A stretch of DNA of 64,000 nucleotides from a virus. Where the stretch lies: the IMG/VR virus record IMGVR_UViG_3300025536_000015; one strand, written 5' to 3'. The notes beneath the pieces are model-generated. The model was given only the letters and a program-made list of their open reading frames with translations, ran no database searches and was not told the DNA's origin. The translations under genes and the position numbers were made by a program. Numbering within the stretch: the first letter of the stretch is position 1; the number at the start of each line of letters is the position of its first letter. Below, in pieces: positions 18,518 through 28,448 of this stretch.

Positions 18518-19513
18518 ATGCGTGCGCTGATCACCGGAGCAAACGGATTCGTTGGTTCCCACCTCATTGAGCATCTGATTTCAATCGGCGCTGAAGTCCA
18601 CGGCACGATCAGATCATTCCGCAGTGACCTCTCCAACCTGGCGCACATCGATCCCGTCACGTATACGATTCATTTTTGTGACATCACCGACGAAGTGGCG
18701 ATCACTGATCTCGTCGCGCGATTGATGCCCACGCACATCTTTCACCTGGCCGCGCACTCCTACGTGCCGACGTCTTGGGACGCGCCGCACGCAACGATCG
18801 ACGCGAACATCAAAGGGACGCTAAATCTTCTTGAGGCGGTGCGCCGCAGCGCACCTGGGGCGCGAGTCCAGGTGGCCGGGTCCAGCGAGGAGTATGGCCG
18901 CGTCGAAGCGCACGAAGTACCCATCGCGGAATCGCAGCCGCTGCGCCCGCTCTCGCCTTACGGCGTGTCGAAGGTCGGGGCTGAGATGTTCGCGCTGCAA
19001 TACGCCGCCAGCTACAATTTACATGTGATCGTCACACGGTCGTTTAACCACACCGGCCCGCGCCGCGGGAAGGTCTTCGCCGAAAGCGACTGGGCGAGGC
19101 AGGTCGCGCTCATCGAGGCAGGCTTGCAAGAGCCTGCCATTATGCACGGAAATCTTGACGCGATCCGCGACTACACCGACGTCCGCGACATTGTGCGCGG
19201 CTACGTCATGGCGATCGACAACGGACAGACCGGTGAGGTCTACAATCTCTGCTCAGGATCCGATGCGTCCCCGACCATGCGCCAAGTTCTCGACAACCTC
19301 TGCGCGCTCGCGCACGTCAATGTGACGAAGGTGCAGGACCCGAAGCGCATGCGTCCGTCGGACGTTGCGCGTTTGGTCGGCAACGGGATGAAAGCCCGTC
19401 TTGCTTTTGGATGGGAGCCGAGCATTCCGCTTGCGCGAACTTTGGCCGACCTGCTACAGTATTGGCGATCGACACTGCACGCCACAGGGTCGAAGATTCC
19501 GGAGCCTGCTTAG
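18518..19513 (+). CDS. GDP-mannose 4,6-dehydratase/Rmd-like extended SDR
   Basis: GANGFVG, HLAAHSYV, GSSEEYG, YGVSK, FNHTGPRR, GNLDA.RDYTDVRD. Confidence 0.88.
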   Translation: MRALITGANGFVGSHLIEHLISIGAEVHGTIRSFRSDLSNLAHIDPVTYTIHFCDITDEVAITDLVARLMPTHIFHLAAHSYVPTSWDAPHATIDANIKGTLNLLEAVRRSAPGARVQVAGSSEEYGRVEAHEVPIAESQPLRPLSPYGVSKVGAEMFALQYAASYNLHVIVTRSFNHTGPRRGKVFAESDWARQVALIEAGLQEPAIMHGNLDAIRDYTDVRDIVRGYVMAIDNGQTGEVYNLCSGSDASPTMRQVLDNLCALAHVNVTKVQDPKRMRPSDVARLVGNGMKARLAFGWEPSIPLARTLADLLQYWRSTLHATGSKIPEPA

Positions 19514-19520
19514 GAGCCCT

Positions 19521-20765
19521 GTGGCCAAACCTTTAGTCAAGACGTCGAAGAACAAGCTCGCCGACCAAGGCGTCTTCACGCTTTTCTTTGGCCTCAGCGA
19601 AGCGAAGACCGACGACTCCGCCGGCGACGACGGCAAGCCGAAGCACGAGATCGTGTTGACCGCTCTGCAGGAAGGGCGAGGAAACGAGCGCGACCGCCGC
19701 TACTACACGCGCGAAGCGGTCGTCGGCGCGGAAGGCGTCTTCAAGGCGCGCCGTAAACTTTTCGTCAACCACCTCGAGGAGGGCAAGCCGTCGTCCTCCG
19801 AGGACCTGCGCAACTGGTGTGCCACGCTCAAAGAGACCTGGATCGAAAACCTCCCGAGCGGGAAGGTCGCGCGCAAGGTGCGCCTTAAGATTCATGAGGA
19901 GTGGCTGTGGACGCGCTGCCTTGAGGCCCCCGAGGAAATCGCGCTGTCCATCGAAGGCAGCGGCGCCGGCAAAGAGGCCGTTGTTGAAGGCGAGACCTAC
20001 ATGGTCATCGAGAAGATTTGGTCGCTGAACGCCACGAAGTTCGTGACTTATCCCGGCAACGCAAAGATGGGGGCCGACCTCGTCGAAAGCGCCACCGAGG
20101 AATCTCCGGAGGAAACACCCATGGACCTGAAAGCTTTGACCGAAGCGCTCCTGAAGGAGCACCGCCCGGACCTCGTCGCCGCGATTGTCGCGAGCGTTGA
20201 GGCGTCGTACAAGGCCAAGCTGATCGAGGCCGAGGCCAAGGCGACGAAGATCGCCGAAGCTGCACCGACCCCCGCCACCTTCGCGGCCGCCGTTGCCGCC
20301 GAGGTCAAGGGCGTGAAAGATTCCTTCAACGCCTCTCTCGACGAGATGCGCAAGAAGCTCGACGAGTCCGACCGCAAGCTCGACGCCGCCGAGGTCAAGA
20401 CCCGCCTGGCCGAGAAGAAAGCCCTCATCGAGGCAAAGCTCAAGGAGTCCAAGCTGGCCCCCGAGGCGAAGACCGAGCGCTTCCTGGCTCGCTGCTACGC
20501 CGTCGCAGAGCGCAAAGAAGGCGACAAGGTCATCACCGTCGCCGAGCAGGTGGACGCCGAGATAGCCGAGCAGCTCAAGCTCACCACGTCCGAGTTCGGC
20601 GCGGTGCGCACCAGCGTCTCTGGCGAGACCAAGATCGCCGAGTCTGAAGTACTGACGGTTGAGGAGGAGCAAATCCTTTTCAACAACCGGGTGCTCGGAC
20701 ACGTTCTCACGCTCGAGCAGTTCCGCGAGCAGAAGAAGAAGGACGCCGCCGCAAAGACCGCGTAA
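19521..20765 (+). CDS. Prohead protease/scaffold fusion
   Basis: N-terminal protease-like region (RDRRYY...NHL...ALSI) followed by a long coiled coil; position before capsid genes. Confidence 0.7.
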   Translation: MAKPLVKTSKNKLADQGVFTLFFGLSEAKTDDSAGDDGKPKHEIVLTALQEGRGNERDRRYYTREAVVGAEGVFKARRKLFVNHLEEGKPSSSEDLRNWCATLKETWIENLPSGKVARKVRLKIHEEWLWTRCLEAPEEIALSIEGSGAGKEAVVEGETYMVIEKIWSLNATKFVTYPGNAKMGADLVESATEESPEETPMDLKALTEALLKEHRPDLVAAIVASVEASYKAKLIEAEAKATKIAEAAPTPATFAAAVAAEVKGVKDSFNASLDEMRKKLDESDRKLDAAEVKTRLAEKKALIEAKLKESKLAPEAKTERFLARCYAVAERKEGDKVITVAEQVDAEIAEQLKLTTSEFGAVRTSVSGETKIAESEVLTVEEEQILFNNRVLGHVLTLEQFREQKKKDAAAKTA

Positions 20766-20842
20766 AGATCAATCCGCAGCTGCAAGGCGTCCCCCCCGAG
20801 TCACGCCGCCGGGGACATCTGAAGTACGGAGGAATCTGATTT

Positions 20843-21790
20843 ATGGCCCAGAAGAAAGAGAACCGCGCCTGCTCGGCGGACAGCATCCAACTCATCCCCA
20901 AGGCGTCGACCGACATCTCGTCGGGCGACGTCGTGGTCATGGCTCGCAAGAACGACCCGATCAGCCTCTCGGCTCTCGGGCCGGCCGGGCGCGTCAGCCC
21001 GATCGCCGCGGCCCGCCAGGGCCAGTGGTGCGTCGGCGTGGCCGATAACGTCTTCACCTCGGCCGTGGTCGGCGCGACGGACTACGCCACCCCGGACGCG
21101 GACAACAAGATCAACGTCCTGCGCGAGGGGCAGTTCTACCTAGCCCTCTCCACTGCGGCTGGCAAGGCCGGCGACGCGGTCGTCTACGCGTCCGGCGCGT
21201 CCGGCGCGCAGCTGTTCGCGATCGACAACATGCGCCAGGGCTATGCGGTGGCGCGCGTGGTCAGCGACTTCTCGGGCGCCTCGTCCGGCGACCTGCAGCT
21301 GTGCGAGTTGATCCTCAAGCCCACCGGCGGGCCTGACGTCGCGCACTGGCTCGAGAACCGAGTGGTCAACGGCTGCGAGGTCTTGCTGCACGCCGCGCCC
21401 GGATCGCAGGTTAAGGTCGGCCACAACACCGGCACGGTCGTCCATAAGAACCTCGTGCTGATCCAGAACGCCATCAAGTCGATCGCCCAGGACGTGACGC
21501 TCGCGTTCGGCGGCGTCGGCTCTGCAGCGGCGTCCACCATCCGGTTCAAGTGGGTCGTGGCGCGCTCCGGATCATTCGCCATCCGCTCCGGATCCGGAAG
21601 CAAAGCCGCGTTGGCCTCCTACACGGTGGCCGGCGTGACGGCGGGCCTGCTCGCGCCTGTCACGATGACTGCCGGGGAGATTCCGATCGCCCTGCTGATC
21701 CAGTTCAGCGCGGCAACCCAGTCGGCGGCGCGCATCAAGAACATCCGCGGCCTCGGCGTCGTGCCCCGCGTCGGTTCTTGGGGCATCTAA
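20843..21790 (+). CDS. Head decoration/cement protein (DUF2190-like) with C-terminal extension
   Basis: ISSGDVV...GVAD...REGQF...AGDAVVY; position after scaffold. Confidence 0.5.
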   Translation: MAQKKENRACSADSIQLIPKASTDISSGDVVVMARKNDPISLSALGPAGRVSPIAAARQGQWCVGVADNVFTSAVVGATDYATPDADNKINVLREGQFYLALSTAAGKAGDAVVYASGASGAQLFAIDNMRQGYAVARVVSDFSGASSGDLQLCELILKPTGGPDVAHWLENRVVNGCEVLLHAAPGSQVKVGHNTGTVVHKNLVLIQNAIKSIAQDVTLAFGGVGSAAASTIRFKWVVARSGSFAIRSGSGSKAALASYTVAGVTAGLLAPVTMTAGEIPIALLIQFSAATQSAARIKNIRGLGVVPRVGSWGI

Positions 21791-21803
21791 GCATTACCCG
21801 TAA

Positions 21804-21835
21804 CTGGGGGCGGCGGGTTATCCTGCCGCCCCCAG
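21804..21835 (+). terminator. GC-rich hairpin / possible terminator
   Basis: CTGGGGGCGGC...GCCGCCCCCAG stem after the gene end; weak U-tract. Confidence 0.5.
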
Positions 21836-21874
21836 GTCTTCGTATCGACGATGCGACGAAAAGGAAAAACGGAA

Positions 21875-22861
21875 ATGTCTGATCTCTCCGAGAAGGCGAA
21901 GCAGGTGTCCTCGTTCATGGACTCGTGCGCCAACGAAAAGACGATCGAGGCGCGCGCCGATTCTTGGCTCGCCAACGTGACGGCCAATCGGCCTCACTTC
22001 CTCACCCCCAACCCGCCCCTGCTCGGCCTGACCGCCTTCGTGGTCGCGGCCGGCCCCTCTCTCCGCAAGAACGTCAAGGCGCTCAAGACCATCGGCCGCA
22101 TGGGCGTCATCGTATGCGTGGACGCCGCCTACCGATATCTGGTTGAGCAGGGCGTCACGCCCGACTACTGCGCCACGATTGACGCCGACACGCGCATGGT
22201 AACGATGATTGAAGGAGTGGATACGTCCAAGACTACTCTTGTCGCGCAAGCCTCCGCGAGCCCGGCCCTCATCAACGCGTGGCGCGGCCCGAAGTATTTC
22301 CTGCGCGCCACCGGCGGCTCTAGGGAGCTCGACGACAAGCTGCACGCGGCGCACCGAATCGTCAAGGCAAAGCGCGCCATGCTCCCCGGCGAGGAGATCG
22401 ACCCTGTCGCAGACGTCGAGGTGGTGTTTGCCGGCCTCAACGACGCGCTCGCCTGCGGCGGCAACGTGACGTCCTACGCGCATGTCTTCGCCCTCTCGCT
22501 GCTCCGGGCCACGAAGGTAGTCTTCGTCGGCGCCGACTACGCGTGGCTCGACGACAACGACTTCTACGCCGGCGGCGCCCACCAGAAGCTAGCCGCAGAG
22601 CGCATGTCCGGCGAACAGATTCTCTCCCACAGCGGCCTCGGCGGCGCAGAGAACGCGACGAACTTCACTCTCTTTCACCTGAAGTCGTGGCACGAGGAGA
22701 TCGCCTCCGCGCACCCCGGCCACTGCGTCAACGCGACCGAGGGCGGGATCTTGGGCGTCGGCAAGAAAGGCAACACCCTCGTTGGCTGGGAACACTTGTC
22801 TCTGGCGGACGCGGTCGCGAAGTATGCGCCCACCTGCGCGCGGGAAGCTGTCACGGCATGA
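21875..22861 (+). CDS. DUF115 (Maf/MptE-like) protein 1, putative nonulosonate transferase
   Basis: VAAGPSL, VCVDAA, PDY..TID, GGNV, VGADY, NATEGG. Confidence 0.8.
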   Translation: MSDLSEKAKQVSSFMDSCANEKTIEARADSWLANVTANRPHFLTPNPPLLGLTAFVVAAGPSLRKNVKALKTIGRMGVIVCVDAAYRYLVEQGVTPDYCATIDADTRMVTMIEGVDTSKTTLVAQASASPALINAWRGPKYFLRATGGSRELDDKLHAAHRIVKAKRAMLPGEEIDPVADVEVVFAGLNDALACGGNVTSYAHVFALSLLRATKVVFVGADYAWLDDNDFYAGGAHQKLAAERMSGEQILSHSGLGGAENATNFTLFHLKSWHEEIASAHPGHCVNATEGGILGVGKKGNTLVGWEHLSLADAVAKYAPTCAREAVTA

Positions 22862-23709
22862 GCCCCATGATCGCCCCTGACGTAAAAGAGGTCCTGGCCA
22901 ATCGTGGCCACGCATCTGCTGCGGCCCACAAGGACCGCTGGTCGCGTCACGCCGCGGCGAACAAGGGCCGAATTGTCTTCCAGGTGTCGCGCCTCTGGTG
23001 CGACGTCAACCCGAAGACCGGCGTGCTGATCGCCGCCGGCCCGAGCCTCAAGGACAGCCTCGCGGAGCTCAAGGCGATCGATAGGAACACGCACGAGATC
23101 GTGTGCGTCGACATGGCGCTCAAGTTCCTCCTCGACAACGGCTTGGTGCCCGACTACGTGATCTGCGCCGACGCCTCCGAGGAGATCGCGCGGACGCTGG
23201 TCGCGGCGCCTCCCGAGGTCGCGCTCTTGCTGAACGTCGTGGTCCACCCTGACACCGCGAAGGACTGGGTCGGCGACATCTTCTGGTTCTGCATGATGTC
23301 GAACTACCGCGACAAGGAAGCCAACGACTGGATGCAACACGACCACGCGAAGAAATCCGGAGTCTCCTCGTTTCTTGTCCCCGGCGGCAACGTCTCCAGC
23401 CTCGGCGTCAGCTTCCTCGGCTCCGTCCGGGCCGTTGCGAAGATACTGCTCTACGGACACGATTTTTGTTGGACCGACGACGCCGAGTTCTACGCGGGCG
23501 GCGTCCAGAAGGACCTGGCGGATATTCGCATCAAGACCGAAGCCGACGCAGGCACGGTCATGACTGTGCCCGACAGCCGCGGTAAGCCGGTGAAGACGAC
23601 GGGGAGCCTATTGGCGTTCGCGTCCTGGTACTCCGACATCGCCCGCACCATGCCCGGTCTGCTCGAGTCTCGCACGCCGACGACAATATTATCCCTCGGA
23701 GGAAACTGA
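22858..23709 (+). CDS. DUF115 (Maf/MptE-like) protein 2
   Basis: IAAGPSL, VCVDMA, PDYVICAD, GGNV, YGHDF. Confidence 0.78.
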   Translation: MSPMIAPDVKEVLANRGHASAAAHKDRWSRHAAANKGRIVFQVSRLWCDVNPKTGVLIAAGPSLKDSLAELKAIDRNTHEIVCVDMALKFLLDNGLVPDYVICADASEEIARTLVAAPPEVALLLNVVVHPDTAKDWVGDIFWFCMMSNYRDKEANDWMQHDHAKKSGVSSFLVPGGNVSSLGVSFLGSVRAVAKILLYGHDFCWTDDAEFYAGGVQKDLADIRIKTEADAGTVMTVPDSRGKPVKTTGSLLAFASWYSDIARTMPGLLESRTPTTILSLGGN

Positions 23710-23710
23710 T

Positions 23711-24721
23711 ATGACGATTCAAGAGATGGAAGCCGTAATCAAGAACGGCGACGGCAAGGCCCTCCGCGAGGCCATGACCCGCTCCGACTTCGCTGCCTTC
23801 ATGGCCAAAGGGCTCAAGGGCACGATCATCGACGCGTACTCCCGCGCGCAGGCGCAGACGAACTTCGAGCAGCTCACCGTCGACGAGACGAGCGAGTCCA
23901 ACGAGGAGACCTACCCGACGATGGGCGCGACCGAGCTGCCCCGCAAGGTGCTCGAGGGCGAGAAGTTCAAGACCCTGAACCCCGGCTCGCCGGACACCGT
24001 CAAGGTCACGAACTTCAAGTACGGCGGCATCATCGAGCTGACCAGCGAGGCCTCCGAAGACGACCAGACCCCCGGCAAGACCCTGTCCAAGCAGGCCGCG
24101 GCGCTCGGCTCCGGCCACGCCCGCTACAAGGACAAGGCCTTCTTCTCCATCCTGACGGACAATCCCCCGATCTACGACGGCGGGGACCTGTTCGCGCTCG
24201 ACCACCCCGGCTACACTGGCGGCGCGGCGCGCGGCAGCAACGACAACATCTACACCGCCGTGACGCTCTCGGCTAACGCCCTGGCGACGGTGCTCGGCAA
24301 GATCGCGATCTGGGAAGGCGCCGATGCCGACCAGGACCTCGACATCATGGTCGACGCGCTCGTCGTGCCCGTCACGCTGCAGCCGGTCGCCTTCGGCTTG
24401 ACGCGCGCGGACCTGCTGCCCGTCGGCTACGCTGCCGGCGCGCTCGGGCCGGCGACGAACAACGGCCTCATGCCCAACGCCTTGGGCCTCAAGAAGATCG
24501 GCGTCATCGCCAGCCACCGCCTGGACCGCGCGTCCTTGACGGACTGGTACGTGAAGACGAACTTCCCCGGCCTGATGCACCAGAAGCGCAAGGGTCTCGA
24601 GATCATGCAGGAAGGCCTCGGCACCGGGATGCACTTCGAGAACGGGATGCACCGCACCCGCACCGAGGAACGCTTCGGCGCCAAGATTGTGAACTGGCGC
24701 GGCTTCGTCCTCGTCAGCTAA
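23711..24721 (+). CDS. Major capsid protein (Mu gpT-like)
   Basis: 336 aa; KYGGIIELTSEASEDD, LVVPVTL, RTEERFGA pattern; followed by hairpin. Confidence 0.8.
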   Translation: MTIQEMEAVIKNGDGKALREAMTRSDFAAFMAKGLKGTIIDAYSRAQAQTNFEQLTVDETSESNEETYPTMGATELPRKVLEGEKFKTLNPGSPDTVKVTNFKYGGIIELTSEASEDDQTPGKTLSKQAAALGSGHARYKDKAFFSILTDNPPIYDGGDLFALDHPGYTGGAARGSNDNIYTAVTLSANALATVLGKIAIWEGADADQDLDIMVDALVVPVTLQPVAFGLTRADLLPVGYAAGALGPATNNGLMPNALGLKKIGVIASHRLDRASLTDWYVKTNFPGLMHQKRKGLEIMQEGLGTGMHFENGMHRTRTEERFGAKIVNWRGFVLVS

Positions 24722-24731
24722 ACGATCATAA

Positions 24732-24768
24732 GCCGCCGACTCGCGTGACTCTTGCGCGAGTCGGTGGC
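24732..24768 (+). terminator. 14-bp stem hairpin after capsid gene, overlapping candidate promoter TTGCGC-N18-TATAAA (24752-24781)
   Basis: GCCGCCGACTCGCG/CGCGAGTCGGTGGC. Confidence 0.5.
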
Positions 24769-24825
24769 GATGTCGTATAAAAGTCGCTCGTTCGCAACAT
24801 CTCAAAAACAAGGAGCAACACGCCA

Positions 24826-25290
24826 ATGCCTCCCAGAACCGCTGCCGTCATCAAGGTCGTCGAAGTCAAGGACATCATCGTCGGCGACAAGCTGCTCGCC
24901 GACCTCGTCGGCTACAAGGGCAACGTCCTCATCCATCGCGGCGTGACGATCTCCGCTCGCGAGGTGACGTGGCTGAAGAAGAAGCTCGCCGAGAACGCTC
25001 CCGTCCGCCCGAGCATCAAGTACCGAACCAACGTCAAAGCCATCGGCGACATCCGCACGAAGGCCGGCGTGCTCCTCGTGGCCCGCGGAACCGTGGTTGA
25101 GGAGGCTGTGTTGGCTCCCCTGCTGAAGGAAGGATTCGCGGTCGTCGACCTCATGGAGTCCGGCTCGAAGATGTTCCACAAGTCGCAGCCGTGGACCGAG
25201 AAGTCGAACGTCTCGGAGTTCAACCCCGCCGTCCAGGTTGAGCGCATCGAGCTCGTCAACGACGACGCGAAGACCCCCGTCAAAGCGTAG
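24826..25290 (+). CDS. Hypothetical protein with two copies of an HD-GYP N-terminal-like domain
   Basis: DIIVGDKLLADL...GNVLIHRGVTI; DIRTKAGVLLVARGT. Confidence 0.55.
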   Translation: MPPRTAAVIKVVEVKDIIVGDKLLADLVGYKGNVLIHRGVTISAREVTWLKKKLAENAPVRPSIKYRTNVKAIGDIRTKAGVLLVARGTVVEEAVLAPLLKEGFAVVDLMESGSKMFHKSQPWTEKSNVSEFNPAVQVERIELVNDDAKTPVKA

Positions 25291-25293
25291 GGC

Positions 25294-25695
25294 ATGCGCG
25301 CGACGCGCTACATCGGCATCGCCCGGAAGGTTCACGTTAAGGACCTGCAGCCCGGCATGGCGCTCATCGACCCCATCGTGGGTTTGCGAGGCAAGGTCCT
25401 TGTCTGCGCCGGCGAGGTCCTATCCGTGAAGCACGTCGCCCAGCTTAAGAAGGTCATCGAGCGGCCCGGCGTCGGTTGCCTGCTGAACTACACCAGAGAG
25501 GTGTGGGCGCAGGCGACCGACGCGTCCGGCGACGAGAAGCCGGCCTGCGAGACCAATCCTTACGAGGCTTTCAGCGTGCAGCGCGTGTGGAAGAAGGGCA
25601 TGAGCGCGGCCGGCCCGCAGGCGGCGGCACAACCCTCGAGCGCGCGGAAGGTTTACCGTATGGTGGACGGCCAGATGACGGAGGTCGACGCGTGA
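25294..25695 (+). CDS. Hypothetical protein with one HD-GYP N-terminal-like domain
   Basis: VKDLQPGMALIDPI...GKVLVCAGEVLS..HVAQL. Confidence 0.55.
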   Translation: MRATRYIGIARKVHVKDLQPGMALIDPIVGLRGKVLVCAGEVLSVKHVAQLKKVIERPGVGCLLNYTREVWAQATDASGDEKPACETNPYEAFSVQRVWKKGMSAAGPQAAAQPSSARKVYRMVDGQMTEVDA

Positions 25696-26054
25696 AGACG
25701 CCCAAGGTGAATGGATTCCGACCGTCGTATATGCGTCGCGCCCTGCAGGACTACTCCACGGCCAGCCAGGAGGCCGAGCGCGTCACCGCAGCGAAGGCCT
25801 TCGTGGAGATGTGGATCGCGGACGCGGTCGCCGGCGACGCCGCCCTGGGCCGCACCGGCGCCTGCTTTGTCGTCTCCCCGCAGGAGGCCGTGGACCAGGC
25901 CACGCGCAAAGCCCTGCTGGTCCGCGGCATCGTCTGCTACGCCGGCAGCGGCAACTACTTCCAAGCGGATCTGACCGGTGACACGCCGCGCGTGATCCAG
26001 CGCCGGCCGCTGGCCCAGCGCTTCGTCCAACTCGCCCCAGGAGGCAACGCCTAA
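25692..26054 (+). CDS. Hypothetical protein
   Basis: GTGA-coupled ORF. Confidence 0.55.
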   Translation: MKTPKVNGFRPSYMRRALQDYSTASQEAERVTAAKAFVEMWIADAVAGDAALGRTGACFVVSPQEAVDQATRKALLVRGIVCYAGSGNYFQADLTGDTPRVIQRRPLAQRFVQLAPGGNA

Positions 26055-26055
26055 A

Positions 26056-26811
26056 ATGCGCTATTTCGTCATCCCAGCACGCGCCGGCAGCAAAGCAATC
26101 CTCGACAAGAACCTGGTCGACCTAGGTGGCCATCCTCTCGTCGCCTGGACGATCCACGCCGCCAAGGAAGCTGCCAAGTCCTACGACGGCGCGCGCGTCT
26201 ACGTCACGTCCGAGGACCGCAAGATTCTCGACGTGGCCGAGTCCTACGGCGCGGTCCCGCACCTGCGCCCGCCCCACCTCGCCGACGACCAGGCGTCCAT
26301 GGTTGGCGTCCTCCGCGACTTCTTCCGGATGCACGAAGACGCCCACGAGGTCGTCCTGCTCTACCCCACCTGCCCGTTCCGAATGGCCTCAACGATCAAG
26401 AACGCGATCGCGGCCTTCGAGTCCGGCCCGCTGCACGCCGAGCACGAAAGCCTGATGAGCGTGACCGCCTTCAACGGCCGGCCCTACGGCGGGGTCATGA
26501 TCGTCAACGGAAAGCTCGAGTACGCGGAGTCGGCCGAGGCGTTCTACCGCAAGCAGGACACCCCAAAGCTCTACCACGCCAACGGGGCCATTTTCATCCT
26601 GCGCCGCGGCGTATTGGACAAGCTGAACACCCAGCTGTTCTGCAAGGAGACAGTGCCTTACGAGATATACGGCATTGAACCGCTGGACATCGACACCCCC
26701 TTCGACCTCGAAGTGGCCCGCGCTTGGGTCGCCTCTGGCCGCGCCAAGCTGGCCTTAAAGGACACCTTCACCGTGGCTGAAGGCATTGAAACGATGGGGC
26801 ACGCTCCTTGA
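26056..26811 (+). CDS. neuA: Acylneuraminate (CMP-nonulosonate) cytidylyltransferase
   Basis: IPARAGSKAILDKN, LYPTCPFR, NGAIF, DIDTPFD. Confidence 0.9.
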   Translation: MRYFVIPARAGSKAILDKNLVDLGGHPLVAWTIHAAKEAAKSYDGARVYVTSEDRKILDVAESYGAVPHLRPPHLADDQASMVGVLRDFFRMHEDAHEVVLLYPTCPFRMASTIKNAIAAFESGPLHAEHESLMSVTAFNGRPYGGVMIVNGKLEYAESAEAFYRKQDTPKLYHANGAIFILRRGVLDKLNTQLFCKETVPYEIYGIEPLDIDTPFDLEVARAWVASGRAKLALKDTFTVAEGIETMGHAP

Positions 26812-28448
26812 CCAATACAGGCCAACTTAATCACTTACCTCAAGTCGTTAAGTCGGCCATCAGTTCGAGCCTGCGCGGCCTCAGAGCGATGATTATAAAC
26901 ATGCCCCTGCGCGAGGACGCCCCTCCCAACTGCGCCCCGCTGGGGCCAGCCCTGCTCGCCGCACGACTCCTGCAGCACGAGGCCGACTGCTCCATTGTGG
27001 ACCTCAACGCATACCGGGTAGGACCTTTTCAGCGACACTTGACAGGCGGCGAAGCCATGGGGCTGATCGTCCGGACGGCCCACAAGCACGGCTCGCCGCA
27101 CCTGATCGGTATGGGCGGCATGGTCACGACGCTACGCTGGCAGCGCATGCTGGCGAAGGAACTGCGCCGGATATTTCCCGACGCCATGCTCGTCAGCGGC
27201 GCCGGCCTGGCGACCGAGTTCCGCGCCGGATTGTTCAACTGGATCCCTGAACTGGATGCCATTGTTCATAGCGAAGCAGACGACGTCATCCTGCAGGTAG
27301 GTCAAGATGCGCTTCTATCCCACAAGATCGGGCGAGGCTTGCTGAATCTGCTCGAGCCAAAAGTGTACGCAGGCGACCGCCCTGCCGACCTCGACGCGCT
27401 CCCGCTCCCGGCCTGGGACCTGCTCGCCGCCGACGTCGACGGCTTCCCGGTCCTCGAGACGTACATCAAGAACCAAATCTGGGGCCTCGAGGCGAACAAC
27501 TCGAGCGCCACGCCGTTCAAGATGACGCGATCGCTCAACACCGTTTCTTCGCGCGGGTGCCCGTACGCCTGCAAGTTCTGCTTCCGCGGCGCGCAGGGGG
27601 AGCGTGAGTACGGCGTACGTACAGCCGCGAGCCTGACCCATGAGGCGATGTACCTGCACGAGCGCTACGGCATCGACTTCCTCGGCGTCTTGGACGACAA
27701 CTGCTTGGTCCAAGCCAAGCGCCTCGAGGACATGGTGCCGACCCTCGGCCGCTTCTGCCGCGACAGCGGCATGCGCTGGGGCACGCACGGACGCCTGGAT
27801 GAAGCCGCGGACCTGCGACCGAACGGCTCCGGCGGCTTCGTGCGAGCCGCGCGCCGGCGCACTCAGGCCCTCGCGGAGAGCGGGTGCGTCTACGTTGGAT
27901 TCGGCGCTGAGAGCGCCAGCCCTGCGGTCCTCCTTGCCATGGGCAAGGGAGGCTTCATGCTGGCCAACGGGACCGAAAACGTCGGCGGCTACGACCTGCC
28001 CAAGACCATGCTCGAGGGCTACCGCAACACCGTTGAGGCCGGCCTGCACGGCAACTGCACCTGGATCATGGGCTACCCCGGCGAGGGCCTGCGCGAACTG
28101 CAGCACAGCGTCGCCTTCATCGCCTGGCAGAAGACGCTCCTGAACAACCCGGCCGCCGTCAACAGCCGCATGTTCACCGCGACCGCCTACCCCGGCACGG
28201 AGATGTTCAAGAACCAGAAGGTGCAGGCGCGCCTCGCGCGCGGCTTCGGCCTGTCCTTCGACGCCGCCGGCGAGCCGATCTGCGACAACGCCCTCCTCGC
28301 CTACTGCCTTGAGCTCGACGACGCCACAAAGGTCCTCAAGGACAAGAACGGCGACGACGTCTACTACGGTGACATGACCATGGCGCAGTTCGAGAAGTGC
28401 CGCAACCTGGTAGACGCCGGCAAGACCGAGGAGATCCTGTCCCTATGA
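26808..28448 (+). CDS. Cobalamin-binding radical SAM protein
   Basis: N-terminal PLGPALLA B12-type domain; SRGCPYACKFC; GAES; IMGYPGE. Confidence 0.88.
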   Translation: MTNTGQLNHLPQVVKSAISSSLRGLRAMIINMPLREDAPPNCAPLGPALLAARLLQHEADCSIVDLNAYRVGPFQRHLTGGEAMGLIVRTAHKHGSPHLIGMGGMVTTLRWQRMLAKELRRIFPDAMLVSGAGLATEFRAGLFNWIPELDAIVHSEADDVILQVGQDALLSHKIGRGLLNLLEPKVYAGDRPADLDALPLPAWDLLAADVDGFPVLETYIKNQIWGLEANNSSATPFKMTRSLNTVSSRGCPYACKFCFRGAQGEREYGVRTAASLTHEAMYLHERYGIDFLGVLDDNCLVQAKRLEDMVPTLGRFCRDSGMRWGTHGRLDEAADLRPNGSGGFVRAARRRTQALAESGCVYVGFGAESASPAVLLAMGKGGFMLANGTENVGGYDLPKTMLEGYRNTVEAGLHGNCTWIMGYPGEGLRELQHSVAFIAWQKTLLNNPAAVNSRMFTATAYPGTEMFKNQKVQARLARGFGLSFDAAGEPICDNALLAYCLELDDATKVLKDKNGDDVYYGDMTMAQFEKCRNLVDAGKTEEILSL

